A stretch of 64,000 nt of DNA from Minisyncoccota bacterium (GTDB taxonomy: Bacteria > Patescibacteriota > Minisyncoccia > JAHIHE01 > JAGLIN01). Made by a program: the position numbers and the translations under genes. Shown here piece by piece: positions 9,632 through 18,870 of this stretch (positions within the stretch are counted from its first letter, which is position 1; the number at the start of each line of letters is the position of its first letter). Location of the stretch: positions 140,316-204,315 of the forward strand of contig JBAZUT010000002.1 of the NCBI GenBank assembly GCA_041661265.1, written 5' to 3'. A model generated the notes under the pieces. That model made no database searches. It was not told the origin of the DNA and was given only the letters and a program-made list of their open reading frames with translations.

Positions 9632-10048
9632 TTATTTTGATGTAGTGTTTTTCTCTATGGAAACGTTTATACCTGCCGATTTCAACATCTGCATCTGAGT
9701 GCTGTTTGAAGGATCGAGGGGCTTTGATCTTGTTACAAACCCCATAAGTACGTCCCAGGCCTCCAGTTGCTCCTTTAGTCCGGGATATACAACCGTTACA
9801 TCGCCCGCGAAAGAGCCATCTCTGTTTCTTACAGCAAAGTTCTTGCCTCCGTCAACTGAGACCAAATTGTAATTCAGACCTTCAGTCCCGTTATAATTGG
9901 TCATTCCGCTTTTGAACACAATATGGCTTCTGTACCATTGCTGATCCTCTCGCATTCCCGAATCGAGATCCTGTTTCACCAGATATCCGGCAACAAATGT
10001 TATTGCCATAAGGATACATACTACCGCTATAGTTTTTTTGTCGAACAA
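9632..10048 (-). CDS. hypothetical exported/membrane-anchored protein
   Basis: N-terminal hydrophobic helix; AAGGAGGT SD; TTGACA-16-TATAAT (10111-10084); hairpin at 9602-9630. Confidence 0.8.
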   Translation of the reverse strand: MFDKKTIAVVCILMAITFVAGYLVKQDLDSGMREDQQWYRSHIVFKSGMTNYNGTEGLNYNLVSVDGGKNFAVRNRDGSFAGDVTVVYPGLKEQLEAWDVLMGFVTRSKPLDPSNSTQMQMLKSAGINVSIEKNTTSK

Positions 10049-10139
10049 TTCAATAACCTCCTTGTCTTAATTTCCGACTTATCATTATAATATATTTTAT
10101 ACAAATGTCAAGAGCATGCCCTATCAGAACTTTACGCGC

Positions 10140-10796
10140 CTAACTAAAAATAAATCTTACCGGATCGGGAAATCTTCTGGCATTTTGTTCGATATCCTTT
10201 CCCGATCCATATCCATCAAGCTCGTCCCATAGATTCTTTTCCTCAATTTCACGATAATATTCTTCAGTGATCGCCTGAAGATGCAAATGCTCGAACCAAT
10301 TTCCATTGAAAGGAGGTTTGCCGATTTTGGCAAAAACGTCGCCTATCCCGAACTCATCTCCAACCTCACATTCCACTTTCCTGTCCAAATGCGCATATAT
10401 GAGATACAAAGACTCTGATCTATTCTTCAAAATAACTCTCGTCCCCCAGCCTCCCACTTCAGGATAATCATCGTCAATTTTGACCACTTCCGCATCAAAA
10501 GTCGCCGCGATCGGAGTTTCGGCTCGCGCGCTGATATCTATCCCTAAATGGACATAGATCTTTTTTTCATCAAGATAACTCCCCTTCCACAAAAAGCTCC
10601 TGTCTTCCATCCATCCGCCATAGGAAAGATCCAGATTATATTTCCCGTTGGTGTCATTGACCATTTCCCGGCACACATTCGGATCCAAAAACGAATCCTT
10701 TCCTTGATCAAACTTCTTGCCCGCGATCCACCTTCTCGCCTCAAGATCCAAATTCACATATCCGAATTTCTTGTTTTTTAGGGTTGGAAAAATCAT
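10140..10796 (-). CDS. M23 family metallopeptidase
   Basis: HLGIDI (HxxxD), YAHL and HLH motifs. Confidence 0.9.
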   Translation of the reverse strand: MIFPTLKNKKFGYVNLDLEARRWIAGKKFDQGKDSFLDPNVCREMVNDTNGKYNLDLSYGGWMEDRSFLWKGSYLDEKKIYVHLGIDISARAETPIAATFDAEVVKIDDDYPEVGGWGTRVILKNRSESLYLIYAHLDRKVECEVGDEFGIGDVFAKIGKPPFNGNWFEHLHLQAITEEYYREIEEKNLWDELDGYGSGKDIEQNARRFPDPVRFIFS

Positions 10797-10871
10797 ATAT
10801 AAGATTATTGAAAAAGATTACACAAAAACCAGCACGGCGAATGCCATGTTAAGGGTATGTCGACAAACTCA

Positions 10872-10955
10872 CTAACGTCGCTTGTTAGCTTTTTGCCTGT
10901 TGCGCTTCGATGTGCTTGCCCTTGATCTCCTGGTGATGGTGGTGTGCTTCTTCAT
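10872..10955 (-). CDS. putative 27-aa highly basic peptide
   Basis: Manual translation MKKHTTITRRSRASTSKRNRQKANKRR*; TATAAT upstream and a hairpin with T-run at ~10822-10850. Confidence 0.45.
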   Translation of the reverse strand: MKKHTTITRRSRASTSKRNRQKANKRR

Positions 10956-11164
10956 TCCTGTGCAAATTAAGATTATACCTAATTATACTCTTCTTGATCA
11001 ACTCGGTACAATACAATTTTAAAAGCACCGAACTTATGATTTTGAATGTTTTATTTGCCTGATCCAAACGCAGACCTCCGTCACTTGTCTTGACTTTTCT
11101 TAATATTAATTTATACTGCCTTGTTGAGTTTATCATAAACTCTACGCGAAAAGAAGTTGATAAA

Positions 11165-11623
11165 ATGAGATCAGTAAAAAGTGTATTTGAAGATTACGCA
11201 AAGATCGACGGATTTTTGAACGGAATTGTGAAAAGATTGGAAAAGAATAACCCGGATCTGGCGGACATGATCGCCAGTGAAATGGAACACGAAAAAGAAG
11301 AAAATGCAAAAGAAAGAATATTCGAAATGATGCTTCTTGCCAGCGAGGTCATGGGGTTAACGGATCCCGAAGATCCCGACTTCGTCATAATCCTGCCGAA
11401 TAAGAAGCTAAAAAAACACAAATCGACAATAACAGAGATACGTCCGGAATACTTCTCAGAACTGATGCCGCCCATCTACAAGCTGAATGATGACACAAAC
11501 AAAAAGGGAGCATCTAAAGGTTTGCCGGAAGTTCCTTTTCCCAACATCTGGAACAAGATATTGAAAATAGCAATAACCGCATCTGATTCAAGAAAACATA
11601 ATTTATCCCAAAATCGAAAATAA
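11165..11623 (+). CDS. hypothetical protein
   Basis: ATG 11165 (MRSVKS) downstream of TTGACT-16-TATACT (11090-11117); hairpin with T-run at ~11635-11668. Confidence 0.7.
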   Translation: MRSVKSVFEDYAKIDGFLNGIVKRLEKNNPDLADMIASEMEHEKEENAKERIFEMMLLASEVMGLTDPEDPDFVIILPNKKLKKHKSTITEIRPEYFSELMPPIYKLNDDTNKKGASKGLPEVPFPNIWNKILKIAITASDSRKHNLSQNRK

Positions 11624-11725
11624 TTATTCGAAAAAGCGCGACAACTATAAGGTCAGCGCTATTTTTTATATTCCAAGACGCAAAATAAAAAAGAGGTGGA
11701 ATACCTCTCGTATCTGTTATATTCT

Positions 11726-11986
11726 TTAGATATGTTTTGAAGGGCTAACATAAATTTTCATTTGATATTTACCCTTTTCTGTTTTAACGTGAACGATCTG
11801 ATCCACTTGCCAGAGATCAGAATATATCCACACGTCTTCATCTCCCCATACTAATGACGGCTTTGTTTCTTTTATGAAATCCAGCTCGACCACTTCGCTT
11901 TTTTGCAGACGCATCGGCAAATTGATAATATACGTTACCCCCCTTGATTCCATTGGTCTTTCACATGGATATATCAGGCATTTCAT
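11726..11986 (-). CDS. hypothetical protein
   Basis: GGAGG before ATG 11986; TTGACA-17-TATGAT (12115-12087); hairpin GAGAGGTATTCCACCTCTTTTTT downstream. Confidence 0.65.
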   Translation of the reverse strand: MKCLIYPCERPMESRGVTYIINLPMRLQKSEVVELDFIKETKPSLVWGDEDVWIYSDLWQVDQIVHVKTEKGKYQMKIYVSPSKHI

Positions 11987-12249
11987 TTCATTCGAACCTC
12001 CGATTGTTTTAGTCACAAGGACTAAACTGGCTGCCGTTTAACTACGGACAATTTAATCATTGTGACGATAGAAAAGATGACTTTGTATCATATATTGATA
12101 TTTCCAAGCTGTCAAACACATGCCGAAACCCGGCCTTAATATATAAAGAAGTATCGTGTTTATCCTAAATAAAAAAAGGGTAAATGGTACCCTTAAACTT
12201 TGTATTTTGATTTATTGAGACTTTTTATGGAACATCATCCCGTCATATA

Positions 12250-12591
12250 TTACACGAGAGCTACTTCCTCTTTCAGAATGGCTTTCAATATCAGAACCAG
12301 ATCGTTCAAATTTTCTTCAAACTCCTTGTCAGTGATCCGGATCTTCAGTCCATTATATGTTCTATTGTTGCATCCGCCCGGATTGAATTCATTTGTCAGA
12401 TCATCCGGTTCGCCGATTTGCGCGTCCGAATCAACTATTGCAACAACTCTATTGCCGGAAAGCAAGATTACTTTCGGATAATTTCCCCTATCGAGAGAAA
12501 GTCCCGCTTCCTTTGCTGCGGCAGAAAACATACTATAATATACGTTCCTGCCTCCGTTCCTCAGTTTATGAGGTAATATAACTTTGTCCAT
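12250..12591 (-). CDS. hypothetical protein
   Basis: GGAGG before ATG 12591 (MDKVIL); TTGACA-16-TATACT (12716-12689); hairpin at 12171-12195. Confidence 0.7.
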   Translation of the reverse strand: MDKVILPHKLRNGGRNVYYSMFSAAAKEAGLSLDRGNYPKVILLSGNRVVAIVDSDAQIGEPDDLTNEFNPGGCNNRTYNGLKIRITDKEFEENLNDLVLILKAILKEEVALV

Positions 12592-12828
12592 TTGTATTCC
12601 TCCATAGCAATACCTCTGTTTGATATTATTCAATTTCTCGATCTCCCGGGAAATAGAATTTGCCACAAATATTTCATCGTGACCGGTCAGTATAGCAATT
12701 TTCGGTGAAATGTCAATTGTTAATTTTTTATTGACTTTTCCCGCCAGGATCCAAATTCAGAACTCAAATATGCAACGATATATTGGGCCATTGAAAAGAG
12801 CCCTTTCGAATAAAGGCCCTTTTACTAG

Positions 12829-12899
12829 TTCGGGAACAGGGATTCGAACCCCAATTAGTTGCTCCAGAGGCAACTGTCCTACCGTTAGACGATTCCCGA
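12829..12899 (-). tRNA. tRNA-Gln(CUG)
   Basis: TCGGGAA/TTCCCGA acceptor stem (U1-A72), anticodon arm GTTGC-CTCTGGA-GCAAC, T-loop TTCGAAT; no encoded CCA. Confidence 0.95.
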
Positions 12900-12900
12900 A

Positions 12901-13005
12901 TAAACATAAAACATGAAACACATAGCTTGAAACATTGTAATACAGAACTTAAAAACTTTCAAGTCCCTGCAATATGTTTCGGGTTTTATGCTTCATGCTT
13001 CAAGA
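12901..13005. repeat. heptamer-periodic inverted repeat (AAACATG-like)
   Basis: aaacataaaacatgaaacac ... ttatgcttcatgcttcaag. Confidence 0.55.
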
Positions 13006-13011
13006 TCTTCC

Positions 13012-13926
13012 TTATATCTTCAGATATCTCCTGATGGCGATCACGCTGCTTATCACGCCAATTCCCACGCCCATTGAAAGCAGCAATAATGTGATATTGT
13101 AAAGATTTCCGATAAAATAGTTATTAAGATCGAATCCCGGTATGAATTGCGCGATCTTTGGAGAAACATAGGAAACGGCCGGAAACATCAGCGCGATCGC
13201 AACCGCACAGCTTACGACACCAAAAACGATTCCCTCGATGATAAATGGCATCCTGATATACCAATTCCCCGCACCGACCAGCCTCATGATCTCGATCTCA
13301 GTCTTATGCGCATACATTGCAAGCCTTATAGTATTGAATGCGACCATAACGCCGATAAGCACGAAAAGAACGCTGAGCGCCAATATGCCTTCCTTGATGG
13401 CCGCAAGAATATTTGAAAAATTATTTATCGCAGTCTCATTCTCTTTGAAATTCACTTTTTCGATTATATCCTTGTAGTTCTCGTTTCCGACTACGAAATT
13501 ATCTATATCTTTATACTGATCGAGCTCGTTTGCCTTCACATTGAGAACCGCAAAAAGCGGATTATCCCCCAATTCCGTCAATGAATCATTGATATAACTG
13601 TCATCCTTATGCGCTTCTTTGAAATTCGTAAGTGCCTGATCCTTCGATATATATTCAACATTTTTTACATCACTCCGTCCCTGAAGATCCTTCTGAAGCT
13701 CCAGGATCTTTCCCTCATCCGCGTTGTCTTTGAATTGCACTGTGATATCGATCTTCTCCTTCAATGCCCCGAGAGCATGATCTCCGATCGCATCCACTGC
13801 AAGCATCACCGTCACCGTGAAAAGAGATATAACCAGAATTATGACCGTTGCGACATTAAGCCATATATTTCGGAGGAGGTCCTTGCTTGCGGAAACCAGA
13901 AGTCTTTTTATTTTATTTCGAAACAT
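13012..13926 (-). CDS. ftsX: cell division permease-like protein FtsX
   Basis: TM1, periplasmic domain with YISKDQAL and NPL, NTIRL, EIEIMRLVGA..WYIRMPF..EG; downstream of ftsE. Confidence 0.95.
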   Translation of the reverse strand: MFRNKIKRLLVSASKDLLRNIWLNVATVIILVISLFTVTVMLAVDAIGDHALGALKEKIDITVQFKDNADEGKILELQKDLQGRSDVKNVEYISKDQALTNFKEAHKDDSYINDSLTELGDNPLFAVLNVKANELDQYKDIDNFVVGNENYKDIIEKVNFKENETAINNFSNILAAIKEGILALSVLFVLIGVMVAFNTIRLAMYAHKTEIEIMRLVGAGNWYIRMPFIIEGIVFGVVSCAVAIALMFPAVSYVSPKIAQFIPGFDLNNYFIGNLYNITLLLLSMGVGIGVISSVIAIRRYLKI

Positions 13927-13941
13927 CTATTTTGCTCTTAA

Positions 13942-14625
13942 TTAAATAATATATTTTCCCTTATCCAGCTGATCCTTGATTATCCTTCCCCTGTCAACCG
14001 TTATAACGCGCTTGTTGATCAGATTCACGATCTCTCTGTTGTGTGTTGCAAGAACGATCGTCGTTCCAAACTGGTTGATCTTCATCAGAAGCTGAACGAC
14101 ATCCCACGTGTTCACAAGATCCAAATTTCCCGTCGGCTCATCCGCAATTATTATGTCAGGCCTGTGCACCAGTGCTCGCGCTATTGCAGTCCTCTGTTTC
14201 TCTCCGCCCGAAAGTTCATTGACATAGCTGTTATATTTTTTCAGAAGTCCCACGATCTCCAGGACCTGCGACACGTCTTCCCTTATATCTTTGTCCGATC
14301 TTCCCGAAACTTCCATAGCGAAAGCCACATTCTCAAAAACGGTTTTCCTGTCCAAAAGCTTGAAGTCCTGAAAAACAACTCCGATGTGGCGCCTCAGGAT
14401 CGGCAGTCTTCCGCTTTTTATCTTGCTTATATCTTTCCCTCTTATAAGGACATTTCCCTTGCTTGGCTTTTCTTCAGCAAAAATCAACTTCAATAAAGTT
14501 GATTTTCCCGCGCCGCTTTGGCCTACTATTGAAACAAACTCGCCGCTCGAGATGGAAAAATTTATGTCCTCCAAGGCCGTAGCGTTCGTATTATAATACT
14601 TATAGACATCATCAAAAACTATCAT
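13942..14625 (-). CDS. ftsE: cell division ATP-binding protein FtsE
   Basis: GQSGAGKST, IGVVFQDFKLL, LSGGEKQR, ADEPTGNLD; likely start MIVFDDV at 14625. Confidence 0.95.
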   Translation of the reverse strand: MIVFDDVYKYYNTNATALEDINFSISSGEFVSIVGQSGAGKSTLLKLIFAEEKPSKGNVLIRGKDISKIKSGRLPILRRHIGVVFQDFKLLDRKTVFENVAFAMEVSGRSDKDIREDVSQVLEIVGLLKKYNSYVNELSGGEKQRTAIARALVHRPDIIIADEPTGNLDLVNTWDVVQLLMKINQFGTTIVLATHNREIVNLINKRVITVDRGRIIKDQLDKGKYII

Positions 14626-14653
14626 CTTGTTTTCAAAATTTACATTTCTTAAA

Positions 14654-15118
14654 TTACTTTGCTCTTGATTTGTAGACTTTTCTTCTTGCATATTCTGAAA
14701 CTTTACCTTTGTTCCATTGCTGAACCGGCCTCAAATAACCCACCACCCTCGAATAAACTTCGCATGGCTGTTCGATGAGACATTTTGGACACACGAAATG
14801 CTCTCCCGGAAGATACCCGTGATTCGGACACACACTGAAAGTCGGCGTAATGGAAAGATATGGAAGGGCATATTTCTCAAACACTTTTTTTATCAAAATC
14901 TTCGCCTCTTTTCCGCTTGGAAGCCTTTCCCCCAAAAAAGCATGAAGAACGGTTCCTCCCGTATATTTCGTCTGGAGCGGATCCTGCAGTTTCAGAGCCT
15001 CAAAAAGGTCATCTGTGTGGCCAACCGGAAGCTGTGTAGAGTTCGTATAGAAAGGATCCCTGGGAAGCTCCCTTGTTTCCTTTGTCTCTGTCTTCTCCAA
15101 TAACACGTTCTTTGCCAT
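14654..15118 (-). CDS. stand-alone C-terminal glycyl-radical/Zn domain of anaerobic (class III) ribonucleotide reductase
   Basis: YTNSTQLPV, YTGGTVLH, PYLSITPTFSVCPNHGY...CPKC, CEVYSRVVGYLRPVQQWNKGK; only 154 aa. Confidence 0.9.
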   Translation of the reverse strand: MAKNVLLEKTETKETRELPRDPFYTNSTQLPVGHTDDLFEALKLQDPLQTKYTGGTVLHAFLGERLPSGKEAKILIKKVFEKYALPYLSITPTFSVCPNHGYLPGEHFVCPKCLIEQPCEVYSRVVGYLRPVQQWNKGKVSEYARRKVYKSRAK

Positions 15119-15149
15119 ATATTTGAATTATTTTTTAACTTGTATGAGC

Positions 15150-15158
15150 ATTATAGCA
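15150..15158 (-). promoter_or_regulatory. extended -10 element upstream of the NrdD-fragment gene
   Basis: Minus strand TG-C-TATAAT about 32 nt upstream of ATG 15118. Confidence 0.55.
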
Positions 15159-15240
15159 CAGATTGAAATTTATATGAATAGCGTCTGCGTTTCTTCGTTT
15201 AAACATACAATTTATGCCATTAAATAATACGATACAAAGA

Positions 15241-15345
15241 ATTATCAATTCCTACTCTTCAATCAATGATCAAAAAAAATTATCGATTGAATATTGTAAA
15301 ATTGAAAATTTATTGAAAATTGATAATTGTGAATTGGAAATTTTC
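15241..15345. repeat. AT-rich heptamer repeat (AAATTGA-like)
   Basis: aaaattgaaaatttattgaaaattgataattgtgaattggaaatt with an inverted attatcaatt arm. Confidence 0.6.
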
Positions 15346-15346
15346 A

Positions 15347-16457
15347 CTATTTCCTATCGCTCCTTTGGACCACTCCCTTAAGCCTCGCCTCGATGAACAT
15401 GTCGATATTGCCATTCAGAACTTCTTCCGCATTCGAAGTTTCCACTCCCGTTCTATGGTCTTTGACCATTTTATACGGATGAAGAACATAGGACCTGATC
15501 TGATTTCCCCATTCTGCAGAAGTGAACTCTCCGCGAAGCTTCTTTTTCTCCTCCTCCTCTTTTTCCTGCTGCAATTTATATAATTTTGATCTCAAGATCT
15601 GCATTGCCCTTTCTTTATTCTGCAGCTGGCTTCTTTCGTTCTGGCATTCCACAACTGTTTTGGTCGGAATATGCGTGATCCTGACAGCCGAATCGGTTTT
15701 ATTCACTTTCTGGCCTCCGGCTCCGCTTGACCTGAACGTATCGATCCGCAGATCTTCGTCTTTAATTTTTTCTTCATCCTCAGAAGCGATCTCGGGAAGA
15801 ACTTCAACAAGCGCGAACGATGTCTGCCGGAGATTGTCTGCATTGAACGGGGAAAGGCGCACAAGCCTGTGCACTCCCGCTTCGTTCTTCAAATGGCCAT
15901 ATGCATATGCGCCCGAAACCATGAACATTACGCTCTTGATCCCGGCTTCCTCCCCTCTGGACATATGTATGATCTCCGTTTTATATTTATGGTCTTCACT
16001 GTATCGGAGATACATCCGAAGCAGCATTTCCGACCAATCCTGCGCATCAACCCCTCCCGCACCGCTATGTATCGCCAAGATCGCGCTCGCTCCGTCATAT
16101 TTCCCGCTCATCAAAGCTTCGAATTCATGCTCCAAAAAAGTTTTTTCCAGCTTAAAAAGTTTTTCTTTCGTTTCTTTCAGCAGATCTTTGTCTTTTTTCT
16201 CATCAATGACGCTCAACATCTCATCGAGCTCGTTTATCCTGTTTTCCATACTTTCCCAAAAATCCACGATGTTTTTGTATTCATCGAGCTTTCGCATGAC
16301 CTCTTTCGCCTTTCTGGTGTCGAGCCAGAAACCTTTCTCGTTTATATCAGCGTCGAAACCCACGATCTCAGCTTTTTTCTTACGGATGTCAAAGACAGTC
16401 CTTCACAAGAAGGGTCCTTTTTTTTAGGTCTTTAATTTTTTCTATGGTTTCTTTCAT
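15347..16457 (-). CDS. prfB: peptide chain release factor 2, +1 programmed frameshift
   Basis: ORF1 from ATG 16457 (MKETIEKIKDLKKRTLLVKDCL) ends in CTT TGA C at 16394-16388; ORF2 has the SPF and GGQ motifs. Confidence 0.95.
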
Positions 16458-16570
16458 GGTTATATATTAGCAGATAATTCCGGAAGTGACAAAACCGTTC
16501 CCGGCTTGAATTATGGCAATATATCTTGACAATTATTGATAACCCCCTATCATGACACTATCCCCAGGAG

Positions 16571-16873
16571 ATGAAAAAAATGGGAAATACAGACATACAA
16601 ACAGATTTGGGCAACATAAAAATAGAATTGGACAAAATAGGAGCGGACTATGAGATCGACATTTATGGCAATATACAAGCGACTCTTCCGAAAACTTCCA
16701 CAATAGCTTCAGTGCCTTTCAAGGATAAAAAAAACCGGCGCACCCCGCGGGAAGTCAGAGAAAGATATTATTTCCAGAATGGCGTTGCGATCCTATATCC
16801 ATCTCGAAATAATTATCTGATAGATAGCATATCGGGCTATAATATTATCATGACGCACATAAACCACAAATGA
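16571..16873 (+). CDS. hypothetical protein
   Basis: TTGACA-16-TATCAT (16526-16553), AGGAG SD (best fit to ATG 16580), terminator GATCCTTTCGGATC plus T-run at 16872-16892. Confidence 0.7.
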   Translation: MKKMGNTDIQTDLGNIKIELDKIGADYEIDIYGNIQATLPKTSTIASVPFKDKKNRRTPREVRERYYFQNGVAILYPSRNNYLIDSISGYNIIMTHINHK

Positions 16874-16952
16874 TCCTTTCGGATCTTTTTTTCTGCCTTG
16901 ATGACAATTTCCATAAAAAAAAGTGAATCCAGTTCACTTTGTTTGTTGATTA

Positions 16953-17513
16953 TTATTCTATTTTACTCTCTTTTTTATTCTCCTTTTTCACCTTTTTCTT
17001 TCCCGTAACTTTCAAAATATCTCCGGGAATACTGAACGCGCCTTCTTTGGCAATTTCCGCAAGTATTATTTGCATGGCCTCTGAAGGCTCGAAACCTGCA
17101 GCGACATATGCCTTCTTCATTGCGGCCATTCTTTCTGCCCGCGCTTTCATGTGCTTCTTGAAACTTTCAAAAGTGCCTTCATTTATCTGGGCTGATTTTT
17201 CGTAAGCGTATCCGATTGTCCCCGCTATGACATTACACAACTCATCAGATAGCGGCTTCAAGGCTCCGCCGTATGCCTGTGTGATCTTATTTATCACCAC
17301 AGCCAATTCAGGACTCACTGCCGCAACCTTTTCTGCGAGAGCCAAGGCGCACCCAACTGCAACCTTAGTATCTCCGCTGTCAAGCGACTCCTGTATTTTT
17401 TCTATTAATTCCCCGATCTCACTGATAGGGTCTTTCTGTTCTTCTTTCTGCTCTCCGACTTCCTTTTCGCTATCGATACCCTTTTTTGTTTTATTTTCTT
17501 CTGATTCAGACAT
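16953..17513 (-). CDS. hypothetical helical protein
   Basis: 186-aa ORF with GAGG SD, TTGACA-17-TAGTCT, and terminator AAAGTGAACTGGATTCACTTTTTT. Confidence 0.75.
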   Translation of the reverse strand: MSESEENKTKKGIDSEKEVGEQKEEQKDPISEIGELIEKIQESLDSGDTKVAVGCALALAEKVAAVSPELAVVINKITQAYGGALKPLSDELCNVIAGTIGYAYEKSAQINEGTFESFKKHMKARAERMAAMKKAYVAAGFEPSEAMQIILAEIAKEGAFSIPGDILKVTGKKKVKKENKKESKIE

Positions 17514-17701
17514 TTCTTATACCTCGTCCTTCTTTTCGGACTTGTGAAGACTATCATAATTACTATATCTTGTCAATACCTAAGCGTAATACCCGATAAC
17601 TTGGAAACGTTTTCTGCCTGGATATATCCCCATGAACAAAAAAATCCTTAGTTTAAAGGAAATAACAGCTCCATTCCTGCTGATTTTGATTATCCAGACT
17701 A

Positions 17702-18097
17702 TTAGTGATCTTTGTCTCTCTCTTCACTCAGCTTCAGAAGATATTCCAGTTTCTTTATTTGTTTTTCCTTTCCCTCTATTAGACTTCTGGAAAAAGTGGA
17801 AAGGATATAAAGCTCCAAGCCCACCCCGGTGAATATATAGAATATGGTGAATATTTTAGACGAAGCGGACGTTGGATGCAGATCTCCATAGCCCACTGTC
17901 GCTAAAGTGGTAACACTGAAATAGAAAGAGTCGAGATAGCTCCATTTTTCCACATTCGAATAGAACAACATTCCGGTAATAAGAAGCAGAAGAAGCAGAA
18001 GAAGCAGAACATAAGACGCCATGAACCCGGGGGGAGGTTTGACTCCCGTAAGATGTTCGTGAGTGTTATGGAAAAAATCGACTGCTATCTTTTTCAT
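17702..18097 (-). CDS. 2TM potassium channel family protein (KcsA-like)
   Basis: TM1, pore helix DSFYFSVTTLATVGYGD, TM2. Confidence 0.92.
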   Translation of the reverse strand: MKKIAVDFFHNTHEHLTGVKPPPGFMASYVLLLLLLLLLITGMLFYSNVEKWSYLDSFYFSVTTLATVGYGDLHPTSASSKIFTIFYIFTGVGLELYILSTFSRSLIEGKEKQIKKLEYLLKLSEERDKDH

Positions 18098-18180
18098 TTT
18101 GACTTATGTTAATTTCACGACAAGATATAAAAATAACGCGACACTCCTTTTTTTATGTTTTAAGTTTCATGCTTTATGGA

Positions 18181-18281
18181 TTGAGCCACCTGTCGGAGTC
18201 GAGCCTCCTCCCGAGGCGGACAGAGACGACCAAGGTTGCAGTTTATCCGCCCACTGGCGGAATACCGTTGCTTTTGCCAAT
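18181..18281 (-). pseudogene. degenerate tandem copy of tRNA-Thr interrupted by TCCGCC-N4-GGCGGA palindromes
   Basis: 22-bp identity (18181-18202 = 18288-18309) plus remnants of the D and anticodon arms. Confidence 0.75.
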
Positions 18282-18290
18282 CTATCTTTG

Positions 18291-18363
18291 AGCCACCTGT
18301 CGGAGTCGAACCGACGACCTACGGTTTACGATACCGTTGCTCTGCCAATTGAGCTAAGGTGGC
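18291..18363 (-). tRNA. tRNA-Thr(CGU)
   Basis: GCCACCT/AGGTGGC acceptor stem, ACGGT-ATCGTAA-ACCGT anticodon arm. Confidence 0.95.
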
Positions 18364-18618
18364 AAGTCTTAAATGTGGAAAGTGAAATATGACAATTGGT
18401 AAATAGGACGAACAATATTATCAAAAAATCCCTATTTCCTCAACAAACTAATAATACCCTACTATATGTTTTGGTCAAGACCGGAATTCCTTGGAATAAT
18501 CTCTAAAAAAATGGAGATTTTCAAATTGATTTTCAAATTTCGGCCATTGACAAATTCATATTTTATGCTATCCTTATCTGCTATAACAACGTTATAGTTC
18601 AAACAGGAGGTTAACATC

Positions 18619-18870
18619 TTGCATAATAACAAATTACTGCCCTATTTCTGCATTGCCGGATTAGTGGCAGGAGCTGTGGCAGCAATATATTCAAAAAATA
18701 TCGTAGAAAATCTTGCGACATTCCTTACAATAGGTGCGTTCACGGCACAAATTTTTATCGGTATTGTCATACCCAGGTTCAGGAACATCATCTCGCACAT
18801 TTTCTGGAATTCGATAGGTATCGGATTTTGCGCTCTAGCAGGAGAATATATCGTCAAACTGATAACCTAG
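18619..18870 (+). CDS. small 3-TM hypothetical membrane protein
   Basis: TTGACA-16-TATCCT (18547-18574), AGGAGG (18605-18610), TTG start, terminator at 18870-18898. Confidence 0.7.
   Translation: MHNNKLLPYFCIAGLVAGAVAAIYSKNIVENLATFLTIGAFTAQIFIGIVIPRFRNIISHIFWNSIGIGFCALAGEYIVKLIT

Noticed and set aside
10885-11136. 83-aa minus-strand ORF with a His run
   Set aside because: It spans the divergent promoters. The 27-aa frame fits the expression signals better, though this is not proven.
15522-16427. 301-aa plus-strand ORF, and similar ORFs at 7373-8107, 22677-23327, 51979-52803 and 52505-53410
   Set aside because: Antisense shadows of well-supported minus-strand genes.
15347-16457. UGA recoding (genetic code 25)
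   Set aside because: RF2 is intact and several genes end at TGA.
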